The notes: generated by a model not told the origin, from the letters alone. Positions 19,618 through 36,661 are shown, counted from the first letter of the stretch. The stretch: DNA of 64,000 bases from the human T2T-CHM13v2.0 reference genome, Homo sapiens (GCF_009914755.1 NC_060940.1), one strand, 5' to 3'. Translations and numbers: made by a program.

Positions 19618-20863
19618 CGCTGTAGGGAAGCAAGTCATTAAAACAGTAATTAATTTGCTAATATAGTCCTGTGGACTCTAAACATGACAATACATTTCTT
19701 TCTATGGGGAGCTTACATCTTATTTGACATTATTTTGAAAATTCTCCAATGCTCTAAATTTCTTTCAAGAATGCACCTTTAATCCAAATTTGTTGTTTAG
19801 TAGAAATGAGTATAAGTAGAGAAGATTGTGATATTAATTGCCTTCCATCCCTTGTTTGAGAAAGAGTTAGAATTGCTAATTGATTGGGAAAACTTAAAGG
19901 ATAGATTTTAAAAGGATAGTGTAGAAAACTGCCTAAGAAAAAGCATTCTTGTAAATAAACTATTCAGAGATATAAGTTAAACTTCAGATTGAGGTGGTGG
20001 GAACAGAGTTAAGCTAGGTTGACTCAGCATGGAGGCTGATTTCTGAGACTGAGAAAGGCACCTTAAAAAGGCATTAAAGTATCTGCTATTAGACAAGTAG
20101 GGAGAAAGTTCAAAAGTACTGTGCTATATAATAGAATCTTATGATTACCTAGCAACCTAATTAAAGTCAATTTTAATATATGTTGTAAGTATAAAAATGA
20201 GTTTGTATGTTGCTAATGCCTACTGAATTCTGCAGTGGAATTAATAATTCCATAGGGAAACCTTTTTCTTCTTGAAATAATGCTAGGTGTGGCTACTTGA
20301 TGTGTTCTATTTTCTTTATTGCCTTATCTTTATCCTTGAATAGAAAACATCTGTTTATTTTAAAACTAGCATGTTTTGCTACCTAAATTGATAATATTTA
20401 AGTTATAGGCACACAGAATTCACTTTATATAAACAGATTAGAATACTATGGAAACTCAAAATAAATTGTGCTTTTTTTTTGAGACGGAATCTCGCTCTGT
20501 TGCCCAGGCTGGAGTGCAATGACACAATCTCAGATCACTGCAATCTCTGTTTCCTGGGTTCAAGCAATTCTTCCACTTCAGCCTCCTGAGTAGGTGGGAC
20601 TATAGGCGCGTGCCACCACGCCTGGCTAATTTTTGTATTTTTACTGGAGACGGGGTTTCATCATGTTGGCCAGGCTAGTCTTGAACCCCTGACCTCAAGT
20701 GATCTGCCTGCCTCGGCCTCCCAAAGTGCTGGGATTACAGGTGTGAGCCACTGCACTCGCCCAGGAAATGGTGCCACCTTATGGTGTGTTTTATTGCAGT
20801 TGTGTCTCCTTTGAAGGCACGAACAAGGAAACTAAAGGAGATATGTATTGCAAAGCTATGTAA

Positions 20864-21103
<240 letters not shown>

Positions 21104-22042
21104 TAGTAGAGACAGGGTTTCACTGTGTTAGCCAGGATGGTCTCGATCTCCTGACCTTGTGATCCGCCCACCTCGGCCTCCCAAAGTGCTGGGATTACAG
21201 GCGTGAGCCACCGTGCCCCGCCTGAAAGTTCATTTTATCTCTGGTATGTGTATCTGGCTTTACAAAGCAAATGTATCCATAGGAATATATTTCCAAATGT
21301 TTTTTTAAAAAAACTTTTTGTTATGAATTATAGACTCACAGGAAGTTTCAAAAACAGTACCTAGAGATCTTATGTACCCATCACGTAGCTTCCCCCAATG
21401 GCAACATTAGGCCAATTTAAAAATCATTGATGGGGGCTGGGAACGGCAACTCACACCTGTAATCCCAGCTGTTTGGGAAGCTCAGGTGGGTGGATCACTT
21501 GAGCCAAGAGTTCTACACCAGCCTGGGCAACATAGTGAAACCCCATCTCTATAAATAATACCAAAAAAATTAGCTGGGCTTGGTGACATTGCGCCTGTAG
21601 TCCCAGCTACTCGGGAGGCTGAGGCCAGAGGATCACCTGAGCCTGGGAGGTTGAGGCTGCCATGAGCCATGATTGCGCCACTGCGTGGCAGCCTGGGTGA
21701 CAGAGTGAGACCCTGTCTCAAAAAAAAAATAAAAAATAAATAAATAAAAATTGAGCGACTTTCTCTGCACTCTATAATAAGTGAATTATAAAGTGTCCTG
21801 TAGGAGTCCTTATGTCATTGTTGCTTTATTTATTGCTTTAGCATATTCTCCATTCTCCCCATCTTCACATTGTACCATCGGGAAGGGGTTAAGTCTCATG
21901 TACCTTTCTGGTACATTTCTCCCCAACAGCCTAAAAGATATGCAAGCTCCATTTTACTCCTTATGTTGAAGAAGCATATTTGGTTGAATATTCAGATTTC
22001 TTGTTTTGAGTTTATTTTGGTGGTGTTTGAAAACTTGAAAGG

Positions 22043-22045
<3 letters not shown>

Positions 22046-22099
<54 letters not shown>
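22046..22099. repeat. (TA)n followed by poly(T)
   Basis: Direct reading. Confidence 0.95.
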
Positions 22100-22100
<1 letters not shown>

Positions 22101-22129
22101 CATCATCTCTTCTTTTTTTTCTCTTCTAG

Positions 22130-22162
22130 CTTGAAAATGAAATTTCTTCAGATTGCAATCAT
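22130..22162 (+). pseudogene. 33-nt micro-exon candidate (LENEISSDCNH)
   Basis: Long pyrimidine tract ...TTTTTTCTCTTCTAG, donor CAT|GTAAGT, symmetric phase 0, no stop. Confidence 0.5.
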
Positions 22163-22386
22163 GTAAGTATGGATTTTCTGTGATGCGCCATATGTGCTTT
22201 ATAGATACGATGACAGATTTCGGGATGCTCTTCCTGTTGTTCTGGGAAGTGCTATGTTTTCTTACAGTCTTAATCTTAAAAGGATGACAAACTTTAAGGA
22301 CCCTGGTAAAATGAACAAATAACCCTTCATTGTAGAAGCCTGCAGGTTCTCCCAAATAATATTTACGTACTTAAATTTTTCTTCAG

Positions 22387-22618
22387 TTACAGCTACCATG
22401 TGAAAATAATTCTCTGCTTATCAAGTTTACAACTTTAGAATTTCCTGTTTTAAAGTTCTCTCATTTACTTATCACACAGTCATCTTCTTTTTGCCAAATG
22501 CTATAGCAGCACATTAAAAGGAGACTGATGTGAAATCAACTCTGTGCAAAAAGTATTGGGTGCTTTGGTAGAAGTCTATACAGAAGACATTGGAGATACA
22601 AAAATGAATTTTGTCCAG
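22387..22618 (+). pseudogene. Exon candidate continuing the micro-exon in frame (LQLPCENNSLLIKFTTLEFPVLKFSHLLITQSSSFCQML*)
   Basis: Acceptor TTTTCTTCAG (22385-22386), open for 39 codons in phase 0. Consensus donor CCAG|GTGAGT at 22618/22619. Confidence 0.4.
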
Positions 22619-22675
22619 GTGAGTTGATGTCAGGAAAGGCTTAATAATGGAGATGAGGCCGGGCATGGTGGTTCA

Positions 22676-22981
<306 letters not shown>

Positions 22982-23689
22982 TTAGAAGAGGCATCTATAT
23001 GTGGCAAAAGTCACTCTATCACATTATAGAAGGTAGATGGGACCGGAGGCTGTATAAGCAGAGACAGATTGGCTATTTAGGTTAACTACTTACTCTTATG
23101 AAAACCTAGGTAAGTCAAGTACAAAATAAAACTAGAAGAGTACTAGAAGATTAGAGGGAAGGCTTTTCTAAATATGACACAACCCCAAAAGATGTTTTAA
23201 AAATATATATCTGCATCTATATCTGATTACATTAAAAGCTTTCTCTCCAAAAAATGTTTTGTAAAAAAGTATTCACAATGCAGATGAAAAGGACTATATT
23301 TGTTAATAGAAAATGCTATTAATAAACAGACATGAATAGAAGGTTCACAGGAAAAGAAAAAGGTGTCCAATAAACAGTAAAAAGTTTATTCTCCCTCAGA
23401 ATCAACATAAACATTCAGCAAAAAATGAGTGCACTGTTGTCATCCATTTGATTAGCAAATATCAAAAATTTGATAAACGGGTACGCACCTGTACTCCCAA
23501 CTACTCGGGAGGCTGAGGCTGGAGGACCCCTTGAGCCAGGAGTTCGAGGTAGCAGTGACCTATGATCACAAAACTGCACTGCAGCCTGGGTAACAAAGTG
23601 AGACCCCCATCTCTTAACAAGAAAAAAAAAGGATAAATACACAGTATTGATAAGGATGTGTGTATTTAAGCATTCTCTAGCCTATAGAT

Positions 23690-23900
23690 AAAAAAACTAC
23701 AACACTTAGGCCAAATCCAGTCTACTACCTGTTTTTATACATAAAATTTTATTGAAACAGCCACACCATTTATTTATGTATTGCCAGTGGCTGCTTTTCA
23801 CACTAGGATGGCAAAGTTGAGTAACTGCAACAGTGACCACAGTTCCCTGAGAACTGTTACTTTCTGGCCCTCTGCAGAAGGAGTTTGCTGAACCCTGTTC
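23690..23900 (+). mobile_element. MER58-like hAT-Charlie DNA transposon remnant
   Basis: GGCCAAATCC...CCTGTTTTTATA...TTTTATTGAAACAGCCAC...GAGTTTGCTGAACCCTG matches the recalled MER58A pattern. Confidence 0.7.
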
Positions 23901-24775
23901 AAGCCTATGTATGGGAATAAAAACAAGCTATAAAACAGTCAACCTAAAACGCATATGTTTTGACCCAGCATTTCTACTTCTATGAATTTATGGATAGTTA
24001 TACTTAAAAGAATGGATAGAGATGTGTCTATAAAAGGATATTTGTTGTGGCATTATTTATAAAGCAAAGGATTAGGGGAAAACCTCAAAATCCATCAATA
24101 GACTGAATCTGACAGAAGAGAAACCCAGAAAAAAGTTGATGTGTGCCTTGGAACTCTCAAAGAGCCAGCTGGGCGCAGTGGTCCACACCTGTAATCCCAG
24201 AATTTTGGAAGGCTGGGTGGATCACCTGAGGTCGGGAGTTTGAGACCAGCCTGGCCAACATAGTGAAACCCCTCTACTAAAAATAAAAAAATTAGCCAGG
24301 CGTCGTGGCACACCCCTGTAATCCTGGCTACTCGGGAGTCTGAAACAGGAAAATCACTTGAACCGGGGAGATAGAAGTTGCAGTGAGATCATGCCACTGC
24401 CCTCCAGTCTGGGTGACAGAGTGAGACTCCGTCTCAAAAAACAAACAAACAAACAAACAAACAAAAATTCTCAAAGAGCCAAGGAATAGGAAGGATACGA
24501 TACTGCTGAAAATGGGGGACAAATAGTATCCAAAAAACAGGAGATTTGGTGGAAGGTCTATGTAAGAAGCAGTCAGGACTCTTTAGAGAACAATTATATA
24601 ACCCAGAAATTCTATAATATAGCATTCATAATGTCCCGCATGCTATCAGAAATGGCTGGATATGAGAAGAAGCAGGAAGATATCAAGAGATAAAGTAGCC
24701 AACAGAGAGAGATCCAGAGAAGAGGTAATTCATATATTGGAATTATTAATAGCAGACAAGGACTTCAAATAACTA

Positions 24776-24900
24776 ATAAAACAGAGGAAAATAAAATATT
24801 TTCCTATAAATAAAATAGAGGAAAATAAAATATTTTCCTATAAATAAAATAGAGGAAAATAAAATATTTTCCTATAAATAAAATAGAGGAAAATTAAAAT
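24776..24900. repeat. 34-bp AT-rich minisatellite, ~3.6 copies
   Basis: Unit ATAAAATAGAGGAAAATAAAATATTTTCCTATAA. Confidence 0.92.
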
Positions 24901-25042
24901 GGATGAAAATATGAAGTATTTCAACAGAGAATTAGTCTTTATTAAGAAAATCAATTAGACATTTTTGGACTAAATATAATTTCAGAAATTAAGAACTTAT
25001 GGGTAGTTTTAAAAGACAGCTTTAGTGGACATAACAGATTCA

Positions 25043-25429
<387 letters not shown>

Positions 25430-25599
25430 TCAACAAACTTAGTGAACCTCAAGAGAAATCCATACTCACCTAACAATTTTTTTTTTTTTTGAGACAGAAT
25501 CTCGCTCTGTCACTGAGGCTGCAGTGCAATGGTGTGATCTCGGCTCACTGAAACTTCCACCTCTGGGGTTGAAGTGATTCTCCTGCCTCAGCCTCCTGA

Positions 25600-25854
<255 letters not shown>

Positions 25855-26237
25855 TGAGGGAAGGAAAATGACAGCTGGCTTCTCAACAAAGCAAGCAGTA
25901 GAAACTAGAGACAAATGAAACAATAAATGTAAAATGCTGAGAGAAAATGCCAACATGGAATTCTATATCCAGCAAAAAATACCCCTTTAAAAAATGAAAA
26001 TAGGCCAGGCACCATGGCTCACCCCTGTAATCCCAGCATTTTGGGAGGTAGAGGCAGGCAGATCGCTTGAGGCTAGGAGTTGAAGACCAGCCTGGCCAAC
26101 ATGGTGAAATCCCTTTTCTATTAAAAATACAAAAATGGCCAGGTTTGGTGGCTCACGCCTGTAAACCCAGCAGGCAGATCACTAGGTCAGGAGATCAAGA
26201 CCATCCTGGCTAACACGGTGAAACCCCGTCTCTACTA

Positions 26238-26441
<204 letters not shown>

Positions 26442-26925
26442 CTACTTGGGAGGCTGAGGCATAAGAATCACTTGAACTGGGGAGGAAGAGGTTGCAGTGA
26501 GCTGAGATCCTGCCACGGCACTCACCCCTGGCCGACAGAGCAAGACTCTATCTCAAAAAAAATAAAATAGGTGTTATCAGACAAGCAAAAGCTGAGAATA
26601 TTCATCTCCCACATTTGCACACTGTGAGAAATCCTAAATTATTGAAGGTAAAAGGATCACAAATTGAAGCAGAGAAGTAGGAGCACTAGAAGAGAAAAAT
26701 AATTGATACATATGACTATTATTCTTTCATTATTTAAGATAACTGACTTGGCCAGGCGTGGTGGCTCATGCCTGTAATCCCAGCACTTTGGGAGGCCGAG
26801 GTGGGTGGATCACCTCAGGTCAGGAGTTCGAGACCAGCCTGGCCAACATGGTGAAACCCCATCTCCACTAAAAATATAAAAATTAGCTGGGTGTGGTGGT
26901 GCACACCAGTAATCCCAGCTACTCA

Positions 26926-27030
<105 letters not shown>

Positions 27031-30000
27031 TCAAAAAAAAAAAAATAAATAAATAAATAAAAATAAAGAACTGACTTAAGCCAAAACAATAACAGTATAC
27101 TTTCAGATTATAACATGTAGAATAAAATATATGACAACACTAGCACAAAGGGTGGGTAGGAATAAAAATATAATGTTACTTTGGAATATTCTTATATTGT
27201 ATATGAGGTAGCATAATATCAATTCAATTTGGACTGTGACCAAGTTAAGGATGTATAATCAGGATACAGATTTGTTTCACATAATGATTGTTCAGTTAAT
27301 GGTATTTAGCCATCATGACCCTTACAAGTTGATAGCACTTTACCCAAAACACAGAATATTCCCTGAGACATTATTGTTTTAAGCAAATTTGCGTGTAGCG
27401 ACTTACTCAGCACTAGTCAGACTATCACATGGAACAAATTTGAATTCTACCTCATAGTTAGGAGTGCTAAAGGAGTGATAGCAGGAAGTGATCAATTAGC
27501 ATCTTCTGTTCCTCTTCAGTGTGTCTTGCACATACAGTATTTCTCCATGTCAAAAAGTGGTTTTTGGTGTTGGTTTTGTTTTGCTTTTTGAGACAAGGTC
27601 TTGGTCTGTCACGCAGGCTGGAGTGTAGTTGTGTGATCACGGCTCACTCCAGCCTCAATCTCCCGGGCTCAAGTGATCCTCCCACCTCAGCCTCCTGAGT
27701 AGCTGGGACTACAGATGCACACCACCATGCCCTGCTAATTTTTGTATTTTTTGTAGAGATGGGGTTTCACTTTGTTGCCCAGGCTGACCTCTAACTTCTG
27801 GGCTCAAGCAATCCAACCTTCTCAGCCTCACAAAGTGTTAGGACTACAGGTGTAAGCTGCTATACCCGGCCCAAAGTGTATTTTTTAAATCTCAAAGATT
27901 CATCTACAGGTAATGTCATGAATCTTTCCACATCAGTTTTTTCTAAGTGCCAAAGTTCTAAGGAAAAGAATTACCATAAAATATGTCTTCATACTGATAC
28001 TGAATGCCTGCCTCATAGTCAGTCATCTGATTTTACATTACTTTCCAGAGAATGATTCCCTCATACCCTGCCTTTACCAACCATCACCAACTCTCAAGTC
28101 TTCTCTTTCTCCCTTGGAGAGTACAATGACCTTCCATTATGTTATATTTTATGTACAAGTTATATTTTACTTTAAAATTGTTTGTTACTTATATACTATT
28201 TTCATCTTTCAATTGATACTTCTCTCTCGGAAAATTGTTTGGGTATCTGGCCAGCCTGAATAACTTCTATTTATTTATTTATTTTTGAGATGGAGTCTTG
28301 CTCTGTCTCTATTTTGTAGAGATGGGGGTCTTGCTCTGTGGCCCAGGCTGGTCTCCATTTCCTGGCCTCAAGTGATCTGCCTGCCTCAGCTTCCCAAAGT
28401 GCTGGGATTACAGCATGAGCCACTGCGCCTGACCAGATAACTTGAACTTCATCACAATTAAAAACTTTTGTGCATCAGACACTATCAAGAAAGTTGAATG
28501 GCAGCCTATACAATGAGAGAAAATACTTACAAATCATATACCTGATAAAGGGTCTAGTATTGAGATCACACAAAAACTCTTCCAACTCTAGAATAAAAAG
28601 CAAATTTTAAAACGGGCAATGGATTTGAATAGGCATTTCTCAGAAGAAAATATACAGATAGCCAGTTACACATGAAAAGATGCTCAACATCATTGTCATT
28701 AAGGAAATGCAGGGCTGGGTGGGGTGGCTCATACCTTTAATCCCAGCAGTTTGGAAAGTTAATACCGGAGGATAGTTTGAGGCCAGGAGTTCAAGACCAA
28801 CCTGGGCAACATACGGAGACCCCCTATCTCTGCAAAGAAGAATTTTAAAAATGTAGCCAGGCACGGTGGTATGATCATAGGCAGTTGTCACCTAGGAGGC
28901 TGTGGGCCCGGACATAGAGGAGAGACCGGGAGAAGGTGAAGAGTAGAGGAGGAAGAAGAAGGAGGGACTTGGGGTCCTTGTGAGCCGTCACTGCAGATCT
29001 TGCTCTGTCCAGGGAGCCCAAGGCAGCCATCAGTCTCTGCATGTGGGAAGCCTGTCCGTGAGTGTCTTGGAGAGGCTGCCTGCTTTGATCTAAGCTTAGG
29101 AAGGTGGGGTCCATGGTTCAGGCTCCTTGTCACCAGTGCACCCTACAAGGGAGATTTTGGTTCACCTACCCCAGCTCCACCCTGCCCCATAAGTGGACGC
29201 CACAGCCCCAGAGGCCCTGGCGGTGATGGAGACAGCTGCCCAGCTGAAGCCTTAATAGTCTGAATGTATCGCCCCCACCCTCACATTTTATGTGTGAAGA
29301 TGTTTCTGGTAAAAAATCCTTGGCCAACGTAATCCTCAGAGGCATTTGGCATTTGTCCTCAAAAGGGGCTAGGAATTAAAGAGTTTTAGCCAAAATGAGG
29401 AGAACCTTAGACACCCAATTCTCACTTGATGAAAAAGTGAGGTGCAGAGAGGGGAGGCCCTTCTCAGACAGCTGATCAGCAGTGCCCAGGAATGCCTGCC
29501 CCACCAGGCACTGTCCCTCTCACTGGCCAGATTAGCTTGGGGACCTGAATGACCAAACTAAAACCCCAGCTTCCATCGGGTTGTAGGAGAAGATAGGAAC
29601 ATCCCCAATGCAGGATGCTGCAGACTCCCCAGACACGCCTTCCCTGGGAGCTCTCGGCCTCGGCCCTAAATCCCTACCTCACTTGCCCACAACAACCCAC
29701 AGCAGAACAGTGTCTTCTCAAACACTCTGTACTTGGGGAGACATTTGGACGATGTGGAAGAGAAAAGCCAGGAGGAGAGGGGCAATAGGGGCAGCAGACT
29801 AGGAGGAAGCTGGCTCAAACGAGGAGGTAGAGGCTGGAGCACAGGCAGCTCTTCTGAGGACTAGGCAGTTGCTAGTGCTTGGCTGTCATACTCCAGGGCC
29901 CTGGCAGGACTATGCCTTTCTCCTGCCTGGGTCTTGGAGCCAGGGACTGCTCCTTGACCCATTTGGCTGGGAGACCCCTTAGGGTGGGCCAAATAGCAGG

Positions 30001-30371
30001 GATTTCTTCAGAGAACAACCAGGATCAGGCCATAGAACTGAGCTGCACCCAACAGCCCCAGGTAGCAGTAGGTGACAGCAGTGAAGATCTGTTCAAGTTT
30101 CACTGCAGGGCACACAGGCCCAGGTGAAAGGTTGGGCTGACCTCTGACATTGTGTTTCCATGGGCTTTTCCTGTCTGCCACTGCCACCTCCCAAAGAGCA
30201 AGCTCTCTGGCTCACTTACTCTCCGGGAGGTTGTAGTATACCCATTTTATAGATGGAAAAGTTAGGCTTCAGTTCTGTAAGGACAGCAGTGGTTTTCTTT
30301 TCTGTTCACTCTGTAGCCTCAGAACTGGGTGTAATAGGTAGGCGGGTGGATCTGAGGCCCAGAGAAGGTAA

Positions 30372-30665
<294 letters not shown>

Positions 30666-32056
30666 TGAACTCCTAACCTCAAGTGATCCACCCGCCTTGG
30701 CCTCCCAAAATGCTGGAATTACTGGTTTCTTTTTGAGACAGGGTTTCACTCTGCCGCCCAGGGTGGAGTGCAGTGATGCGATCTCAGCTCACTGCAACCT
30801 CCTGAGGTTCTTCTAGCGATTCTCCTGCCTCAGCCTCTCGAGTAGCTGGGATTACAGGCACCCGCCACCATTCCTGGGTAATTTTTATATTTTTAGTAGA
30901 GACGGGGTTTTGCCATGTTGGCCAGGCTGGTCTTGAACTATTGACCTCAGGTGATCCTCCCTCCTTGGCCTCCCAAAGTGCTGAGATTACACGCGTGAGC
31001 CACCTCGCCCGGCCTGTGAAGTCCTTAAGATGGAGATTTACAAAGGAAAATGAAAGCCAGAGGTGAGGTTTTGGTTTAAGTGAGTTGCAGAGGCAACAGT
31101 AACTAAAGGGTCAGGATTGTAGAGAGGAGAGCTGACAGCCTGCAGCCACTTGCATTTGCCAACTCTGGCCAGAGGCTGAGGATCCAGGTTTTTTATGTTT
31201 TTATAGTTTCACCAGCCGGAGTGACAAAATTTGGAGGCTTGAATGGCCTCGAATAGATGGCTAGGTCTCAAGCCATCTGGTGAAATCTGAATACACAAGA
31301 TGCAAACCTGAAACACTAAGCTTAGACCTCTCTAAAGCAGAGCGGAATTTTGCAGAGTCACAGTGCTGAGTAAAAAAATTACCCAGGAATGGTGGCGGGT
31401 GCCTGTAATCCCAGCTACTCGAGAGGCTGCGGCACGAGAATCGCTAGAACTGAGGAGACAGAGGCTGCAGTGAGCTCAGATCGCTTCACCGCAGTGAGCT
31501 GAGATCGCGTCACTGCAGTGAGCTGAGATCGCGTCACTGCATTCCAGCCTGGGCGGCAGAGTGAAACCCTGTCTCAAAAAAAAAAAAGAAAGAAAGAAAT
31601 CAGTAATTCCAGCACTTTGGGAGGCCAAGGTGGGTGGATCACTTGAGGTTAGGAGTTCAAGACCAACCTGGCCAACATGGAGAAACCCCATCTCTGCTAA
31701 AAATACAAAAATTAGCCAGGCATGGTGGCGTGTGCCTGTAATCCCAGCTCAGGAGGCTGAAGAAGGAGAATCGCTTGAGCCTGGGAGGCAGAGGTTGCAA
31801 TGAGCTGAGTAGACAGTTTTCAAGATCTCTCAAAAGGAGGGAACCTGGGGTATACTACGGGATTTCAGTTGAAAGACTTGGAGAGCTAGGCCCTGGGAAC
31901 AGAGGCAAGTGAAGTAGACAGAACCCTATCAACACTGCATCCCATAGACCTTGAGCTAATAAACACAGAAGGAATTACAGAATTAGAAAGTTACCATTTG
32001 ATAACCACCATAGTAAAATCGTCTCAAGCAAGTCGAGTCAGTGGATAATAAAACTA

Positions 32057-32433
<377 letters not shown>

Positions 32434-32547
32434 TCACAAGGTCAGGAGATCGAGACCATCCTGGCCAACATAGTGAAACCCCATCTCTATTAAAAATACA
32501 AAATTTAGCTGGGTGTGGTGGCACACGCCTGTAATCCCAGCTGCTCA

Positions 32548-33021
<474 letters not shown>

Positions 33022-33348
33022 TCAAGCACACGAGAAGCATGCCAGGTGTCAGGTCCTTTCTGTGAAGTCGGTTGTAGGCAGATGTCCAGTCTACTGATGG
33101 GGACAAGAACTTCAGAGGGAGGAGGGAGGCCTTCCCCACAGCCATGCCGGTGCTGGAGGGAGGTAAGATAAACGCCTGCATCTTAGCGACCTCAGATCCA
33201 AATTCATTCTTACACTGTGGTAACATAGGTATGTCAAATGTTTGTCTGTACACTGTTTATCCTGTGTGGTAGCAAATACATTTACCAAGTCACTGCAGAT
33301 GAAGATTTCACAAGAGGACTTGACAAGCGTAATTAAAACGTCTGTTTA

Positions 33349-33483
<135 letters not shown>

Positions 33484-33709
33484 TTAGCTGGGGACGGTGG
33501 CACACGCCTGAGGTCTCAGCTATTCGGGAGGCTGAGGTGGGAGAATCGCTAGAGCCCAGGAAGTTAAGACTGCAGTGAGCCGTGATTGCACCACTGTGCT
33601 CCAGCCTGGGTGACAGGGTGAGAGCTAATCTCAAAAAATAAAAATAGGCTGGACGCGGTGGCTCACGCCTGTAATTCCAGCACTTTGGGAGGCCTAGGTG
33701 GGCAGATCA

Positions 33710-33978
<269 letters not shown>

Positions 33979-34069
33979 TCAGTGGTTATGAGAACCTACT
34001 AAGGACAAGACCCATCATTGACAATGAAAGGGGCCTTAGGACTTACTTCCCTTTTTTTTTTTTTTTTGA

Positions 34070-34382
<313 letters not shown>

Positions 34383-34970
34383 TGATGGAGAAGGAAATCA
34401 GGGACAGATCTACACCATTTGTTTGCTATTTACTGCACGTAAACAGAATGAAATCAACACATTAAGTATTTCACTTGATTTCATCCACCATCTCCTGCAG
34501 ACAACCAGGTTTCTCCCAAATTCATGTGCCTGGAAATGGCTTGAACCAAATGGTTCATGAGGAAAACCTGTGATATTTTTCATGAAATCGCCACATCTGG
34601 GCATCAGGAAAGCCTTCCCCGAGAATGTCTCAAATTGGTCAGCCGTTTTCTCTTTTTTTAGACAGGTAGGTGTCCCCAAGCATTCAATCCTAGCTAAAAT
34701 ATGGAAGTATTTATCTAGCACAGGAGCCTATGGCATAGTTTCAGTCCACTGTCTGGCAGACCTCATCTGGGCTGTCTTTGTGTGATTTGACTGGCCAGTA
34801 AATGGGGTATAAACTATGTAGGCTGTGGCCTGGCCTTGTGACAGAGGGGTCCCTGGAACTTGACTGCCACTCCCTAAGAGCAGAAACCGCCTCTTTCTTG
34901 TACATTGCTGGATCCCATCATCCTGCACAGTGCCTGGCTACAGGTGGCCAGCAATAAAACACAAGATTGG

Positions 34971-35109
34971 GGCAGGCACAGTGGCTCACGCCTGTAATCC
35001 CAGGACTTTGGGAGGCTGAGATGGAAGGATCACTTGAGGCCAGGAGTTCAGGCCCAGCCTAGGCAACATAGTGAGCCTATCTCTACAAAAAAAAAATTTT
35101 TTTAAAATT
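34971..35109 (+). mobile_element. Alu left monomer (FLAM-like) with 18-bp TSD
   Basis: TSD AATAAAACACAAGATTGG at 34953-34970 and 35110-35127. Confidence 0.88.
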
Positions 35110-35479
35110 AATAAAACACAAGATTGGTTTGTGTGGTGAGACAGTATTGAATCCAACAAACGGGAACTGGATAGTGTGGCCCAAGATGCAATGGTGGCTG
35201 CAGCATGAGACCCTTATGCATATAATATTCAGTGGAAGAGGTGCCAGGCACTGTTCTGGGTGCTGAGAATAAAGCTATGCATAAGACTAAGGTTCTGTCG
35301 ACAGAGATCGTGTCACACCAGTGGAAAAGACAGTCATCAAACTTATATCCTTGAGTCAGTGATGACTTCTAGAAGGAAAGAAAAGGCTGATGTGACGGTG
35401 AGGAAGGGATGAGTGGAGACTTCTCTGAGACTTCAGTGATTCCTCTTCCTCTGAGCTGAGCCAAGCTGAGAAGCTGAGA

Positions 35480-36620
35480 AGAGTAAGATAGGGCCGGGAA
35501 CTCAGGTCCGTTAGTCCGTCCTCCGAGGTGGGGCGGGCCAGCAGAATGGATTTCCGATCTACTCTGTGAGAGCCTCGCCCAAGAAAGCCCAGAGCCACTT
35601 CCAAGATCCGCGCTCCCACGGCGATGAGAAGCGTTTTCCCCCGGGACTGCTTGGCTTAGGACTGGGGACCCACTGGCTTTGGAGTAAGCCCTGGCACGGG
35701 CCTCGAGGGAAGAAAGAACTCCCGCGCTCCCCACACTCCACAGGGCCTGCGATCATCTCAGATGTTCCGGTTCCACGTGCAGAAACCCCGCCGGTCCGAG
35801 GCCCCGGTTCTAAAACGGCCCTAAGAGTCAAGGCTTCCACAGCTCGCCTCTGAGGGTGGCAAAGAGGCCCCGGGGGCGGTGCCTCGCGAGACCCAAACAA
35901 GCCCACGTGGCAGGGGCGGGGCTCCGCGAAGGCGTCACGGCGCGCTCGTGCGCTGCTGAGGTCACGCGCCGGCAGTACCCTTGCCCGGGGGCCGTAAAGC
36001 GCGGAAGGTCGCGGTCTCGGCTTCCCCGGAACTTTTTGCTCGCTTCGCCCCGCCCCCTTCCCATCCCCGAACCCCGCTTTCCGGCCCGCGGCGACCCCAG
36101 GCAACTGTTGTGGCTGCCGCATTGCTCCCGCCGGGCTGTAGCTGAGCGCGGAGCCCGTGGGGGCCGGTGAGGTAAGGAGATAGCTTCGGGGCAACTCTGG
36201 CCTCCCCGTCCGCGCGGGCCTAAGCGCCCCGGGACCCCTGGGTTCCCCTCTTTCTCCTTTGGTTTCGCCCGGGGGTGGTCCCCGCTAGCTCACGCTTCCA
36301 GTGGGTTCCGCCTGGCCTCTCGCGAAGTCGCGTCCAGGCGCCAGTACTCGTCCCCGTAAGGTTGTCCGCTCGTGCCTTGGCTTGTGTTCTCGGCTACCCC
36401 TGGGCGTGCGCACCGCTCCTCCAGGAGCCTGCACTTCAGCCCCGATGCCAGGGCGGCCGGGGTGACCTCGGGCTCCCCCGTCTCGGGCTTGCACACCCCT
36501 GCGGCGCAGAGCCAACTCCAGCTTGTCTAGCCCGGTCCTCCATCCCTGCAGATGGAACTGTTTTCCCGCGTTGAGACGTGCGGTCCGCTTGTGCTTTTAG
36601 AACTAAAGACTGCTGCAGAG
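35480..36620 (+). promoter_or_regulatory. PDPR: CpG island / TATA-less PDPR promoter
   Basis: High GC and CpG density. E-boxes CACGTG at 35774 and 35904, GC boxes at ~35913 and ~36048, near-palindromic CTCGCGAGA (BANP-type motif) at 35883, ETS-like CGGAAG at ~36002. Confidence 0.9.
36060..36171 (+). other. PDPR: PDPR 5'-UTR exon 1 (TSS approximate)
   Basis: Consensus donor GAG|GTAAGG at 36171/36172 just downstream of the GC boxes. Confidence 0.7.
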
Positions 36621-36661
36621 TCCGGAGGAAGAAGTCACCTAGAAAAATCTGGGACAGGGCA
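36601..36661 (+). other. PDPR: PDPR 5'-UTR exon 2
   Basis: Acceptor CTTGTGCTTTTAG, donor GCA|GTAAGC. Confidence 0.7.

Noticed and set aside
19988-20080. Additional plus-strand exon candidate (IEVVGTELS*VDSAWRLISE...)
   Set aside because: Weak splice signals; cannot be placed in the model with confidence.
28875-29142. Possible minus-strand exon (acceptor CTCCCTTGTAG, two ~80-aa ORFs) next to the junction
   Set aside because: No recognisable homology or partner exons; GC-rich ORFs of this size are common.
35356-36574. Long overlapping ORFs (up to 211 aa) in the CpG island
   Set aside because: Expected from stop-codon scarcity in GC-rich DNA; no recognisable domain.
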